NCBI GenBank assembly: GCA_964016885.1
Contig: OZ024741.1
Coordinates: 160,518,001 to 160,582,000 of the forward strand
Reading direction: 5' to 3'
Length of the DNA stretch: 64,000 bases
Source of the DNA: Eledone cirrhosa
Taxonomy: Eukaryota
Below are positions 16,887 to 29,779 of this stretch, piece by piece. Position 1 is the first letter of the stretch. Every line of letters starts with the position of its first letter. Under the pieces are notes generated by a model, which was given only the letters and a program-made list of their open reading frames with translations, did no database searches and was not told the origin of the DNA. Made by a program: the position numbers and the translations under genes.

Positions 16887-17515
16887 TAATAAATAAAATC
16901 GTTAATTTATATATAATAAATAATATAATATATACTATGCATAAATAAATATATATTATTTACTTTATTATATTTATATATATTATGTATCATTTGATAT
17001 TTAATATACTATTATATCATCTCTACCACTCCTCCAGCGCCCCATCTCTACCACTTCTCGACGCCACCCGAGGGCGGTAGCGCCTACTTTGAGAACCTTT
17101 GATCTAAACCATCAGCATTACTACCATCACAACCATTACGCAACAACCATCTCTATTATCCATACCACCACCACTACTACTACCAACACCTTAATATACA
17201 AACATTACTCTCCCTAAATACTATTATTGGAATGTCTTTGATCATAGGTCAACTCAATCGGGGCTGATCTGGTGCTAATCACCAACACCAACAGCAACCC
17301 TTTCTATGTGATTCCCAACTCTGTGACATCAGCCGGTTGACCCTAGGATAGGAGATATAGAACTCCAGCTTAACAATCGACACTCTTGGCAATAAAACCC
17401 TCACGAGAAACGAGCGACTGACTCATCATTCGAGTGTTGGCTGTATGTCTCAGCTGCGCCCCTCAAACAAAATGGTGAGGGCAGTGCCGCTGAGAACAGC
17501 CAGCGATACCTACTG

Positions 17516-17710
17516 CAGACCTGCCAACCTCTAAAATCCCAAACGGAAAGTACCATGAAAAAAAGTGCCCCAAAACGGGGAGATATGAGGCAAAATGGGG
17601 AGATTTTACATAATGAAAGCTATACCCATTTTCACTGGAGAAGACATCTCTCACCCACCACAAAGTGGGTGGGGGATCTCCCCATCGGACGGAGAGAGTT
17701 GACAGGTCTG
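17516..17710. mobile_element. MITE (hAT-like TIRs)
   Basis: TIR cagacctgccaac / gttgacaggtctg (12/13); no clear TSD. Confidence 0.55.
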
Positions 17711-17989
17711 CTGTTGCATTAGCCAATCTACCTCATAAGACTCCTTCCTCGTGTGGAATGCACTACTCCCAATTTCGAGTATTAAAACGACACCAGGGAT
17801 TCGACGGCGACTGGCATGAAAGGAAGGGCGAGTCAGGTCTCTCTCTTTGGCTGCCTTCCCCTTTTCCGTTTTACGAGCAGCAGGGCTAATTTACACATTT
17901 AGTTCGGGACGCCTTACATTCAAATCCTGTCAAGAGTAACGTAGCGGTGTGGAATCGTGATTGTGGTAGCCATGGTAGTCATGATGGAA

Positions 17990-20900
17990 TAGTGATGATC
18001 AAGTATTCATGGTTGGGGTAGAGGTGGTTTAGTAGACATGGTTGTGGTAGTGATGGTTGAGTTGTCATGGTTATGGTAGTGATGGTTGAGTAGTCATGGT
18101 TGTGGTAGTGATGGTTGAGTAGTCATGGTTGTGGTAGTGATGGTTGAGTAGTCATGGTTAAGGTAGTGATGGTTGAGTAGTCATGGCTGAGTAGTCATGG
18201 TTATGGTAGTGATGGTTGAGTAGTCATGGTTATGGTAGTGATGGTTGAGTAGTCATGGTTATGGTAGTTATGGTTGAGTAGTCATGGTTGAGTAGTCATG
18301 GTTATGGTAGTGATGGTTGAGTAGTCATGGTTATGGTAGTGATGGTTGAGTAGTCATGGTTGTGGTAGTGATGGTTGAGTAGTCATGGTTGAGTAGTCAT
18401 GGTTGTGGTAGTGATGGTTGAGTAGTCATGGTTATGGTAATGATGGTTGAGTAGTCATGGTTGAGTAGTCATGGTTGAGTAGTCATGGTTGTGGTAGTGA
18501 TGGTTAAGTAGTCATGGTTATGGTAATGATGGTTGAGTAGTCATGGTTGAGTAGTCATGGTTATGGTAGTGATGGTTGAGTAGTCATGGTTGAGTAGTCA
18601 AGGTTGTGGTAGTGATGGTTGAGTAGTCATGGTTATGGTAATGATGGTTGAGTAGTCATGGTTGAGTAGTCATGGTTATGGTAGCGATGGTTGAGTAGTC
18701 ATGGTTGAGTAGTCATGGTTGTGGTAGTGATGGTTGAGTAGTCATGGTTATGGTAGTGATGGTTGAGTAGTCATGGTTGAGTAGTCATGGTTATGGTAGT
18801 GATGGTTGAGTAGTCATGGTTGAGTAGTCATGGTTGTGGTAGTGATGGTTGAGTAGTCATGGTTATGGTAGTGATGGTTGAGTAGTCAAGGTTGAGTAGT
18901 CATGGTTGAGTAGTCATGGTTATGGTAGCGATGGTTGAGTAGTCATGGTTGAGTAGTCATGGTTGTGATAGTGATGGTTGAGTAGTCATGGTTATGGTAG
19001 TGATGGTTGAGTAGTCATGGTTGAGTAGTTATGGTTATGGTAGCGATGGTTGTGTAGTCATGGTTGAGTAGTCATGGTTGTGGTAGTGATGGTTGAGTAG
19101 TCATGGTTGAGTAGTCATGGTTGTGGTAGTGATGGTTGAGTAGTCATGGTTATGGTAGTGATGGTTGAGTAGTCATGGTTGTGGTAGTGATGGTTGAGTA
19201 GTCATGGTGGAGTAGTCATGGTTATGGTAGCCATGATTGAGTAGTCATGGTTGAGTAGTCATGGTTATGGTAGTGATGGTTGAGTAGTCATGGTTGAGTA
19301 GTCATGGTTGTGGTAGTGATGGTTGAGTAGTCATGGTTATGGTAGTGATGGTTGAGTAGTCAAGGTTGAGTAGTCATGGTTGAGTAGTCATGGTTATGGT
19401 AGCGATGGTTGAGTAGTCATGGTTGAGTAGTCATGGTTGTGATAGTGATGGTTGAGTAGTCATGGTTATGGTAGTGATGGTTGAGTAGTCATGGTTGAGT
19501 AGTTATGGTTATGGTAGCGATGGTTGTGTAGTCATGGTTGAGTAGTCATGGTTGTGGTAGTGATGGTTGAGTAGTCATGGTTGAGTAGTCATGGTTGTGG
19601 TAGTGATGGTTGAGTAGTCATGGTTATGGTAGTGATGGTTGAGTAGTCATGGTTGTGGTAGTGATGGTTGAGTAGTCATGGTGGAGTAGTCATGGTTATG
19701 GTAGCCATGATTGAGTAGTCATGGTTGAGTAGTCATGGTTGTGGTAGTCATGGTTGAGTAGTCATGGTTGAGTAGTCATGGTTGAGTAGTGGTGGTTGAG
19801 TAGTCATGGTTATGGTAGTGATATTTAATTAGTGATGGTTGAGTAGTCATGGTTATGATAGTGATGGTTGAGTAGTCATGGTTGAGTAGTGATGGTTTAG
19901 TAGTCATGGTTATGGTAGTGATGGTTGAGTAATTATGGTTGAGTAGTCATGGTTGTGGTAGTGATGGTTGAGTAGTCATGGTTAAGGTAGTGATGGATGA
20001 GTAGTCATGGTTGAGTAGTCATGGTTATGGTTGTGATGGTTGAGTAGTCATTGTTATGGTAGTGATGGTTGAGTAGTCATGGTTATGGTAGTTATGGTTG
20101 AGTAGTCATGGTTGAGTAGTCATGATTGTGGTAGTGATGGTTGAGTAGTCATGGTTATGGTAGTGATGGTTGAGTATTCATGGTTGAGTAGTCATTGTTA
20201 GGGTAGCGATGGTTGAGTAGTCATGGTTGAGTAGTCATGGTTGTGGTAGTGATTTTTGAGTAGTCATGGTTATGGTAGTGATGGTTGAGTAGTCATGGTT
20301 ATGGTAGTGGTGGTTGAGTAGTCCTGGTGGAGTAGTCATGGTTGAGTAGTCATGGTTATGGTAGTGATGGTTGAGTAGTCATGGTTGAGTAGTCATGGTT
20401 ATGGTAGCGATGGTTGAGTATTCATGGTTGAGTAGTCATGGTTGTGGTAGTGATGGTTGAGTAGTCATGGTTATGGTAATGATGGTTGAGTTGTCATGTT
20501 TGTGGTAGTGATGGTTGAGTTGTCATGGTTATGGTAGTCATGGTTATGGTAGCGATGGTTGAGTAGTCATGGTTGAGTAGTCATGGTTGTGGTAGTGATG
20601 GTTGAGTAGTCATGGTTGAGTAGTCATGGTTGTGATGGTTGAGTAGTCATGGTTGAGTAGTCTTGGTTATGGTAGTGATGGTTGAGTAGTCATGGTTATG
20701 GTAGTGATGGATTGAGTAGTGATGGTTGAGTAGTCATGGTTATGGTAGTGATGGTTGAGTAGTCATGGTTATGGTAGCGGTGGTTGAGTAGTCATGGTTA
20801 TGGTAGTGATGGTTGAGTAGTCATGGTTATGGTGTGATGGTTGAGTAGTCATGGTTGAGTAGTCATGGTTATGGTAGTGATGGTTGAGTAGTCATGGTTA

Positions 20901-21620
20901 TGTTAGTGATGGTTGAGTAGTCATGGTTATGGTAGTGATGGTTGAGTAGTCATGGTTGAGTAGTGATGGTTGAGTAGTCATGGTTATGGTAGTGATGGTT
21001 GAGTAGTCATGGTTATGGTAGTGATGGTTGAGTAGTCCTGGTTGAGTAGTCATGGTTATGGTAGCGATGATTGAGTAGTCATTGTTGAGTAGTCATGGTT
21101 GAGTAGTGGTGGTTGAGTAGTCATGGTTGAGTAGTCATGGTTATTGTAGTGATGTTTAATTAGTGATGGTTGAGTAGTCATGGTTATGATAGTGATGGTT
21201 GAGTAGTCATGGTTGAGTAGTGATGGTTTAGTAGTCATGGTTGAGTAGACATGGCTGAGGTAGTGATGGTTGAGTAGTCATGGTTGAGTAGTGGTGGTTG
21301 AGTAGTCATGGTTGAGTAGTCATGGTTGAGTAGTGATGTTTGAGTAGTGGTGGTTAGGTAGACATGGTTGTGGTAGTGATGGTTGTGTAGTCATGGTTAT
21401 GGTAGTGATGGTTGAGTAGTCATGGTTGTGGTAGTGTTGGTTGAGTAGTCATGGTTATGGTAGTGATGGTTGAGTAGTCATGGTTGAGTAGTCATGGTTA
21501 TGGTAGTGATGGTCGGGTAGGGATGGTAGAGTAGACATGATTGTTTAATGGTGGTTGAGTCCTCATGGCTGGTTAGTAGTGGTTGTGGTGAAAGTTGAGT
21601 AGTGCTGGTTGTAGTAGTGA
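17990..21620. repeat. Minisatellite of 14-bp (catggttgagtagt) and 15-bp (ggttatggtagtgat) subunits
   Basis: ~3.6 kb of AB/AAB arrangements, degenerate at both edges. Confidence 0.95.
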
Positions 21621-22045
21621 TGGTTGAGTTGTCATAGCCGGTCAGTGATGGTAGTGGTGGTTGTAATAGTGGCTGGTGAGTAGGGATGGTAATGGTCGTT
21701 ATTACAGTGGTGGCAGTGGCGGTAGTGGTGATAAGGCAGTGGTGGTGCTGTGAATAAAACTATAGGGGCTTAGAATGAAACAATAGGGTTGGGTTTCATG
21801 GTTGGCTAGTCATGGTTGGCTAGTCATGGTTAGTCATAGTTAAGTAGTGGTGGTTGTGATAGTGGTGGCTGGGTAGTGATAGTGATGATGGTAGTTATGA
21901 TTATGATGGTGGTGATACGATAGAGGTGGGCTGAGAATGAAACTAAGGACTGAAAGTGTAGGTGTTAAAATGAACCAATAGAGGCCGAGATTGGAACTAA
22001 ATGGCTGCGATTTAAACTATATGTGATTAGAATGAAACTCTAGGG

Positions 22046-22336
22046 CAGGCATGGGCAACCTTTTTTGAGAAGAAAACTGCATGAGATATGGCTCATCACC
22101 AGGCGGGCCGCAAGCGCTAATGTACATTCGTGCCCACATTAAACAAAAGGGCAGTAACTCATGTTGTTTTAATTTGTTTCTTCAGAATTCGTACACGTTG
22201 TTTTCCGCGATCGTAAAAATAATAGAAAGATAAATTACAACTGAAAAGTTGGGGTAAAAAGATCAGAAAGATTTCACTTAGGTGACTTAGGCAAGCCATT
22301 CAGAAAGCTTCGCCAGCCGCAGATTGCCCATGACTA
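22046..22336. mobile_element. hAT MITE
   Basis: TIRs caggcatgggcaac / gattgcccatgacta; degenerate 8-bp TSD ctctaggg / ctttagta. Confidence 0.6.
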
Positions 22337-22414
22337 CTTTAGTATGAAACTATAGAAGCTGAAAATGAAAGTATAGCAGCTGAGAGTGAAATTTTAGATC
22401 ACGGTGGCAGTTGT

Positions 22415-22620
22415 TGAAATTGTTTTTAGACCAAGGCCAGCCCGACTCAGCAAACTTATGATCAAATGCGTTCTAGCCATGACTATCACTACTCCGTCAT
22501 TCTCTCATACATTGTGTATCTAGGAATGTATTATCCAACGTCTCCTTTCATTTTTTTTAAACCATAGATTAATATCTGGCTACTATTTCAAGTGACCATG
22601 TAGAAACTTCCCGCGTCTTC
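22415..22620 (-). mobile_element. SINE-like dispersed repeat (family C)
   Basis: Related ggtcatgactggaatg..tttgatcata.gt...gggctg..ctgg..ctaa segments also at 17225-17295, 26215-26310, 58230-58400. Confidence 0.5.
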
Positions 22621-22799
22621 TCATTGGCCGGTGGACATGTGTGTGATTGGAAGACTGACAGGAGGTGAGAGGTTAGTAAGAAAGCTAAATATTGTTGGAC
22701 ATCCGGCGGTGTCGAGTGTTTTAGTTGTTTCACCAAGAGAACAACCTACTCTTGAAATTAACGTGCAAGTGGTTGAACATTCCACGTGGAATGTGACAT

Positions 22800-23192
22800 G
22801 CTGAGTGACACGGCTGGCTCTTTAAATTGCAGGTATGACTTATTTGTGCCAGCTAAGGGAACTGGAGCAACGTGAAATAAAGTGTTTTCCTCAACACACC
22901 ATTGGAAATCGAACTCACGACCCTACGGTTGCGATACGAACACTTTAACCATTAAGCCACGCGCATTCACATAAAAGCTAGCTATGGGAGATATGAATAA
23001 GCTTTGGGAGTAGGACTTATTTGTGCCAGCTAAGGGAACTGTAGCAACGTGAAATAAAGTGTTTTCCTTAAGGACCCAGCACACCCCTGGAAATCGAACT
23101 CACGGCCTTGCGATTGCAAGCCGAACACTTTAAGCATTAAGCCGCGCACATTCACATAAAAGCTAGCTATGGGAGATATGAATAAGCCCTGG
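22800..23192 (-). mobile_element. tRNA-derived SINE family B, tandemly duplicated (~175-bp unit)
   Basis: gacttatttgtgccagctaagggaactg.agcaacgtgaaataaagtgttttcct...ggaaatcgaactcacg occurs twice; antisense A/B boxes. Confidence 0.75.
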
Positions 23193-23770
23193 AGTTAAAA
23201 TATTTTTTTATTGATAGGGGGAAACTAGAGGAAAAGTGTTCCCGTTAAAGTCTCGCTCTGATGAAGCGATTTCTTCATTAGTTTCCATTAATTAAGCATT
23301 CAACTGTTTGGCATTAATTGGGAAGAGAAACTGAAAACTGGCTGATTAATGAATTATAATCTGAATTAATTAACACTTGGTGTATTTGGTGAAGATTGAA
23401 ACTGCTAACAACAGATCTGGAGATAACGTCTGTTAGTGTGTGTGTGTTTGTGTGGTGTGTGTGTGTGGTGTGTGTGTGGTGTGGTGTGTGTATGTGTGTG
23501 TGTGTGTGTTTGTGTGGTGTAGTGTGTGAAAAAGCGAGAAAGAGAGAGAGAGAGATCTGGAAGAAAAAGAAAGAAATATAGGAGGATATGTATGTGTATA
23601 TACACACACACACATACACATACATATATATATATACTATACATATATACACATACACACATACACACACACACACACACACACAGACACATACACATAT
23701 ATATATATATGCATATATACATATATACATATATATATATATATACATACATATATATATATATACATAT

Positions 23771-23817
<47 letters not shown>

Positions 23818-23860
23818 TATATATATATATGCATATATACATATATATAAACATATATAT

Positions 23861-23915
<55 letters not shown>

Positions 23916-23978
23916 CACAGACACACACACACATACACATATATATATATATATATATACATACACACACACACACAA

Positions 23979-24028
<50 letters not shown>

Positions 24029-24388
24029 TCTAGAAATAGAGTGAAATACGTATGGAGTGAAATGGGGAGCCGTCTGTTGTTTATAAACTTATCGTAAAGC
24101 AATGTTTAACACTTCGGAATTGTGTGAGATTTGAAACTGCAAACATCAGATTTTGAGATAACACTTGGGTGTGGGGAGGTGAGACAAAGAAAGGGAGATA
24201 GAAATGAAGAGTAAAGAGAGGTAGAGAAAGATAGTGAGGGAGTGCGAACGAGAAAGAAAGAGTGAGAGAAAGAACGAATGAGAAAGTGAGAGAGAAAGAG
24301 GTATCTTTCTTCATTAACAATCTTAGAGCATTGATTGACTTGTCTACGTTGACGTTGAGCTCGAAACTGCTAATAACTGATTTAAGGA

Positions 24389-24507
<119 letters not shown>

Positions 24508-24608
24508 TATATGTGCGTGTGTGTGAGCGAGTGTGTGTGTGCATGTGAGTGTGTGTGTGTGTGCATGTGTGTAAGTATGTGTGTGTGTGTGTGTATTAAA
24601 GAGCCTGA

Positions 24609-24644
<36 letters not shown>

Positions 24645-25019
24645 GATAGAAAGAAAGAAAGAAAAAAGAAAGAGATAGAAAGAGAGTGAAAGAAATAGAC
24701 AGATAGATAGTGAGAAAGAGAGGGAAAGAGTATAGGGGAATAAGAAAGAGAGAGAGGTAGAGAGACAGAGAAATAGATAGAGAGAGAGAGAGAGAATGAG
24801 CGATATAGATAGAGAGAAAGAAAGAGAGAGTGAATCAAATACAGACTGTATCCTAATGACGTGTTAGCCTTATCTCAGCCAATTCAGTCAAATCTTTCCA
24901 TCGTCTTCCACCCTCTTTATTTGTATCCCTAACAAACATAATTTAATCATTCAGTTCGTCTATTTTGTTATTTTTTTGTTATTTCCTTAATTTTATATAA
25001 TTATTATCTGTTTTATTTA

Positions 25020-25900
25020 AGATTGGCAGAATCGGTAGAGCGTCAAACAACATTTTCTGCGGCAGAGAGTTACGGCCCTTTACGATCTAAGTTCAAATCC
25101 TGACGAGGTTAGCTTTGCCTTTCATTTTTACAGGGTCGATAAATAAAGCACCAGTAACGCACTAGGGTCGTAAATCGACAGGCATCGACCAAAGTTTTTG
25201 GCCTTGTACCTAAACCAGAAACCATTATCGGGTTAATTTAATGTGGTGGATTGGCAGAATCGGTAGAGCATCGGACAAAATGCCTTACAGTATGTTGTGA
25301 TAGTCTCGACCTCCTGAGTTCAATTCCCAATGAGAATAATTTGCCTTTCACCCTTCCGAGATCGATAAAATAAAGCACCTGTCCAGTACTAAGATCGATA
25401 AAATCGACTTCCCCCTTCATCTAAATTGCTGGCTTTGTGCCAATGCTAGAACTATTCTAAGAGCGGTGGATTGGCAGTATCGGTAGAGCGTCGAGGATAA
25501 AATGTTTAGCATCATATAGTTTCGGGACTACGTTCTGTGTTCAAATCCCATTGGGTCAACTTTGCTTTTCATCCTTCCAGGATCAATAAAATAAAGTAAT
25601 AGTCAATTTTGGGCGTCAACTTAATCGACCTCCCCTCCAATTTCTGGCCTTGTGCCTAAAGTAGAAATCATTCTTTGTTTAATTTTATTTTGCTTGGCTT
25701 ACCTCCCTTTAGTAACTTTTCTTTATATTGTTAAACCTTATATTTTTGCTTAGGCGGCGAATTATCATAGTTTTTACGAGATTTGAATAGAATGCAATGC
25801 GGTATACATTACGGCTCTCTACGCTTTGGGTTCAACTACAACGACGTCAACTTTACCTTTCATTCTTTAGAGATCGATAAATAAAGTAACAACCCAGTCC
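25020..25900 (+). mobile_element. Four head-to-tail SINE family A copies
   Basis: Starts at about 25020, 25243, 25463, 25752; each has a gttcaa B-box and the tttgcctttca..gatcgataaaataaag body. Confidence 0.8.
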
Positions 25901-26133
25901 TGAGTCGTTTCTTAAAATATAATGTAAAATATAATGAATAAAATAATACCTTGCTTTCTCTCTCTCTAACTGCCTCTCATTTATTTACATAATTTCTGCT
26001 CTCTCTCTCACTTTTTTTTTATATACTTCTCTCTTTCATCATATACTTCCTCAAGCTTTTCATTTCCTTTCTTCGATCACTTTATTTATTCTCTTTTTTC
26101 CTCTCAAGTTTTATTCTTTCTTTTGTCCTTATT

Positions 26134-26211
<78 letters not shown>

Positions 26212-26546
26212 AGCAGAAAAACGTATGGCCAAAAAGCATTCCCAGTTATGACCACACCATCCATCACTTGGCCACTGAATATCTAGGGCTACATTATAGA
26301 ATGGACGTTTTCGGCTTCAACCGTTGTGTAGTTGTGTACTGTAAATTTGCATGTATATATAAACATTCGGTGCATCTTCAAATCTGTATTATATAGTAGA
26401 CCAATCGTGACTCGTTGGATCACTTTAATTTAAAAATATTTTTTTTTAAATCATGTTCACTTAAAAATAATTTTTAAATAATCAAAATATACAGACATGT
26501 ATATGATGTAAAATGAAATTGGAAGGCCCATATATATGTGTGTGTG

Positions 26547-26632
<86 letters not shown>

Positions 26633-27064
26633 ATGTCTGTGACCTATATACACTGGTCACAGACACACACACACATATATATATATACCCACACACACAC
26701 ATATACACAAAAATTTAGAAACCTTTCCTATTTAGCAGGAAATATTCGCTACACACATCCTGTTCTAACTCAAGTTATAAGATACATATTCAGTCACCAA
26801 ATTTTAGCTAGATACAGTAAGGCTGTATTCGATTCTTTGAAGTCACCTGTTATAATTTCATTCAACAACACCACCAGCTTTCTCTGTCTCATTCTCTCTC
26901 TCCCCCCCTCCCCTCTCTCTCTCTCTGTCTTTCTCAACTTTCTCTCAACCACTATATCTTTATCTCTATCTTTCTCTCTATATATTTATGAAGGTACCCG
27001 CAAAAACCCCGTATCTCGGGAACCCGTGCACATAATCACAGACCTTTAGTAGTATATAGATAGA

Positions 27065-28277
27065 TATGTTTCTTTATTAGCCACAGGGGCACAAAAGAAG
27101 GGGACAAATACAAAGGGGAAGTTTATATACAATAAAAACATGTAAAATACTATCACAAATGCAATTTGAAAATTAATCGATTTTCCTCAATAGGGGGAAA
27201 CATTGCATATGGGTAACACATACTGCCGAAAAAATATGCAACCCTCATCTCCAGGAGTACGAAGAGTGAGTACCCCTTTCCTCTCTTCCTCTTTTTCCTC
27301 AACCTACAGGCTGATATAGAGAGAAAGCCCATTCACAGGTCGGTAACGCCCGGGCAGTGTACGAATGCGTGCGCGACGGTTTCTTCGTCTGCACGCATCT
27401 CGGACAGATCTTTTTCGAAGGGTCCTTGCCCGGGCGCCCATGTCTGTAGAGCTTGTCTCGAACTGGTAGAGCTCCTCGGTAGCATTGCCAAGCCAGGGAC
27501 TTTTGGAAGTTGTCTATCGGTCCCGGGCGGAAGGTCCTACCGAACAGACTGGCCAGTTCGTCTTCCTCTACGCCTAGAGTTTCTCCGAGCGCGTCGTCGC
27601 ACTTGCTGCGGGCCAACCCTCTATAGAATGACGAAGTGGAGTCTCCACTGATCGCCAGGTCCGCCTGCCAGAGGGCTGTGAGCGCCTGAGCATATTCGAT
27701 GTGCCAGTCGCCCATTTTCCTCGGTCTTTGCTTGACCCAGGAGTGCAGCTCTGTCAGCGAGATGAGTCGTGGGAAGGCTCGCCTCACAACGGGGCCCACA
27801 TCGGTTGTCCGGTGAGGAAATCGTGGAGATTCCACAGCCTGAGCGCGTGTTAGCGCATCGTCAGCACGGCATCCCCAGCCCTCCGTTGGAAGGGTGTTGG
27901 CAGCAGATGGATCTTCTCACCAAAGGAGCCCGCTTCTTCCAAAGGAATTGGAAGAGTGCGCGCTACATTTTGGTGAGCGTTTTGGCTGGACAAGGCACGA
28001 CGATCAAGCGGTAGTAGATGACGGACGCTATAAAAGTGTTCGCCACCTCCGCTCGACTTTTCAAGGATAGTTTGCACTCGGCCCACTTCTGGGTGAGTGC
28101 AAACACCTTGGGCGTCACCTCGTTCCAGTTCTTCTCCACCTGGAGGTCCGGACCAAACCAGACCCCGAGCAGCTTCACCAGTCCTTCCGTCCAGCGTCCG
28201 ACGACGCCATCGGAAGGCATCGGTTTGCCTCTCCACGGTCCGAGTTGCAAACCGATGGACTTGTCCCGGTTCAGCTT
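27065..28277 (-). mobile_element. Tx1/L1-clade LINE, 5'-truncated and frameshifted
   Basis: LLGVWFGPDLQVEKNW, LSLKSRAEVANTFIAS, LAWQCYRGALPVRDKL..CPRC; 3' aataaagaaac; flanked by (GATA)n on both sides. Confidence 0.85.
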
Positions 28278-28514
28278 ATAGATAGATAGATAGATTCAAA
28301 ACAAACTCCACCAACAACACCACACTATCACCACCACCACCATACTACTACCATCACCGCACACCACCACCACCACCACCACCACCACCCTCCACCGCAA
28401 CATATTTTAAACTCCTGTCAAATAATCAACAAAAGCACACCACCAAAAAAAGAAAGATCTATGTCGTTCTTTACAGATGAAAATATTTGTCGTTTCAAAG
28501 TAAAAAATATTGTT

Positions 28515-29690
28515 GTGAGAGGGAGAGAATTTAGTGGTCTAGTGAGAGAGGGGGAATTGTGAGAGAGAGTGAAGTATGTAGTGGGATACAGAGAGGGGTA
28601 TAGTTTAGTAGTCTAGTGAGAGAGGGGGAATTGAGAGAGAGTGGGGTATGTAGTGGCATAGAGTGAGGCGGGAGTTTGTTGTTTTAGTGAAAGAGAGGGA
28701 AATGTTAGAGAGGCTGAGGTATATAGTGAGATATAGAAAGGGGTGAATTTAGTGGTCTAGTGACAGAGGGGGTATTGTGAGAGAGAATGAGATATGTAGT
28801 AGGATAGAGACGGAGAGAGGGAGAGAGATTGTTGGTTTAATGAGAGAGGGGAAATTAAGAGAGTGAGAGAGAGTGAGGTATGTACTGGTATATAGGGAGG
28901 GGAGAGAATTTGGTGACTGAGGGAGAGAGGGAGATTTGTAAGAGAGAGAGTGAGGTTATAGAGTATGTTATAGAGAGGGGGAGATTGATTGATGATCTAG
29001 TGAGAGAGGGGAAATTGTGAGAGAGTGAGGTATGTAGGAATATAGAATGAGGGGGAGAGAGTTTGTTGGTTTACTAAGAGGGGGAATTGTGAGAGAGAGG
29101 GAAGCATGTAGTGAGATATAGAGAGCGGGAGAGAATTCTTTTGTTTACTGAGAAAGAGGGTATTGTGAGAGTGAGGTATGTAGTGCAATATAGCGAGGAG
29201 CGAGAGAATTTGGTGGTCTAGTGAAAGGGGGAATTGTGAGAGAGAGTGAGTTATGTAGTGGGATATACAGATGTGGAGAGAGATTAGTGGTCTAGTAAAA
29301 AAGGGGGAATTGAGAAATAGTGAGGTATGTTGTGGTATAGAGTGAGGGGGAGAGAGTTTGTTGCTTTAGTGAGAGAGGGGAAATTCTGTGAGAGAGTGAG
29401 GTATATAGAGAGGTGGAGTGAATTTGGTGGTCTGGTGAGAGAGAAGGAATTGTGATAGAGAGTGAGGTATGTAGTAGGATAGAGAGAGAGGGAGAGAGTT
29501 TGTTGGTTTAATGAGAGAGGGCTAATTAAGGGAGTGAGAGAGGGGGAATTGTGAGAGAGCGTGAGGCATTTAGTGAGATATAGACAGGGGGAGAGAATGT
29601 GTTGGTTTAGAGAGAGAGGGGCAATTACGTGCATGGAGGAGAGTGAGTTATGTAGTGGAATATAGAGAGGAGGTGAGAATTTGGTGGCCT
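28515..29690. repeat. Degenerate ~73-bp purine-rich minisatellite
   Basis: Unit ~gagaatttagtggtctagtgagagagggggaattgtgagagagagtgaggtatgtagtgggatatagagagggg, about 15 copies. Confidence 0.85.
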
Positions 29691-29779
29691 ATATAATGTA
29701 TGTATGTACGAATATATATATATTTATATATATATATTCATATATACTTATACATATATATCTATATATATATATATAT

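Larger units (their letters stand above)
16114..17101. mobile_element. hAT (Charlie-like) MITE with nested insertions
   Basis: TIRs cagagattctcaaac / ctttgagaacctttg; perfect 8-bp TSD ATCTAAAC at 16106-16113 and 17102-17109. Confidence 0.8.

Noticed and set aside
23255-23285. CTGATGA box
   Set aside because: No stem II-GAAA-UH arrangement follows.
28515-29690. CRISPR-like periodicity
   Set aside because: The whole unit is repeated and degenerate, with no unique spacers and no cas genes; eukaryotic context.
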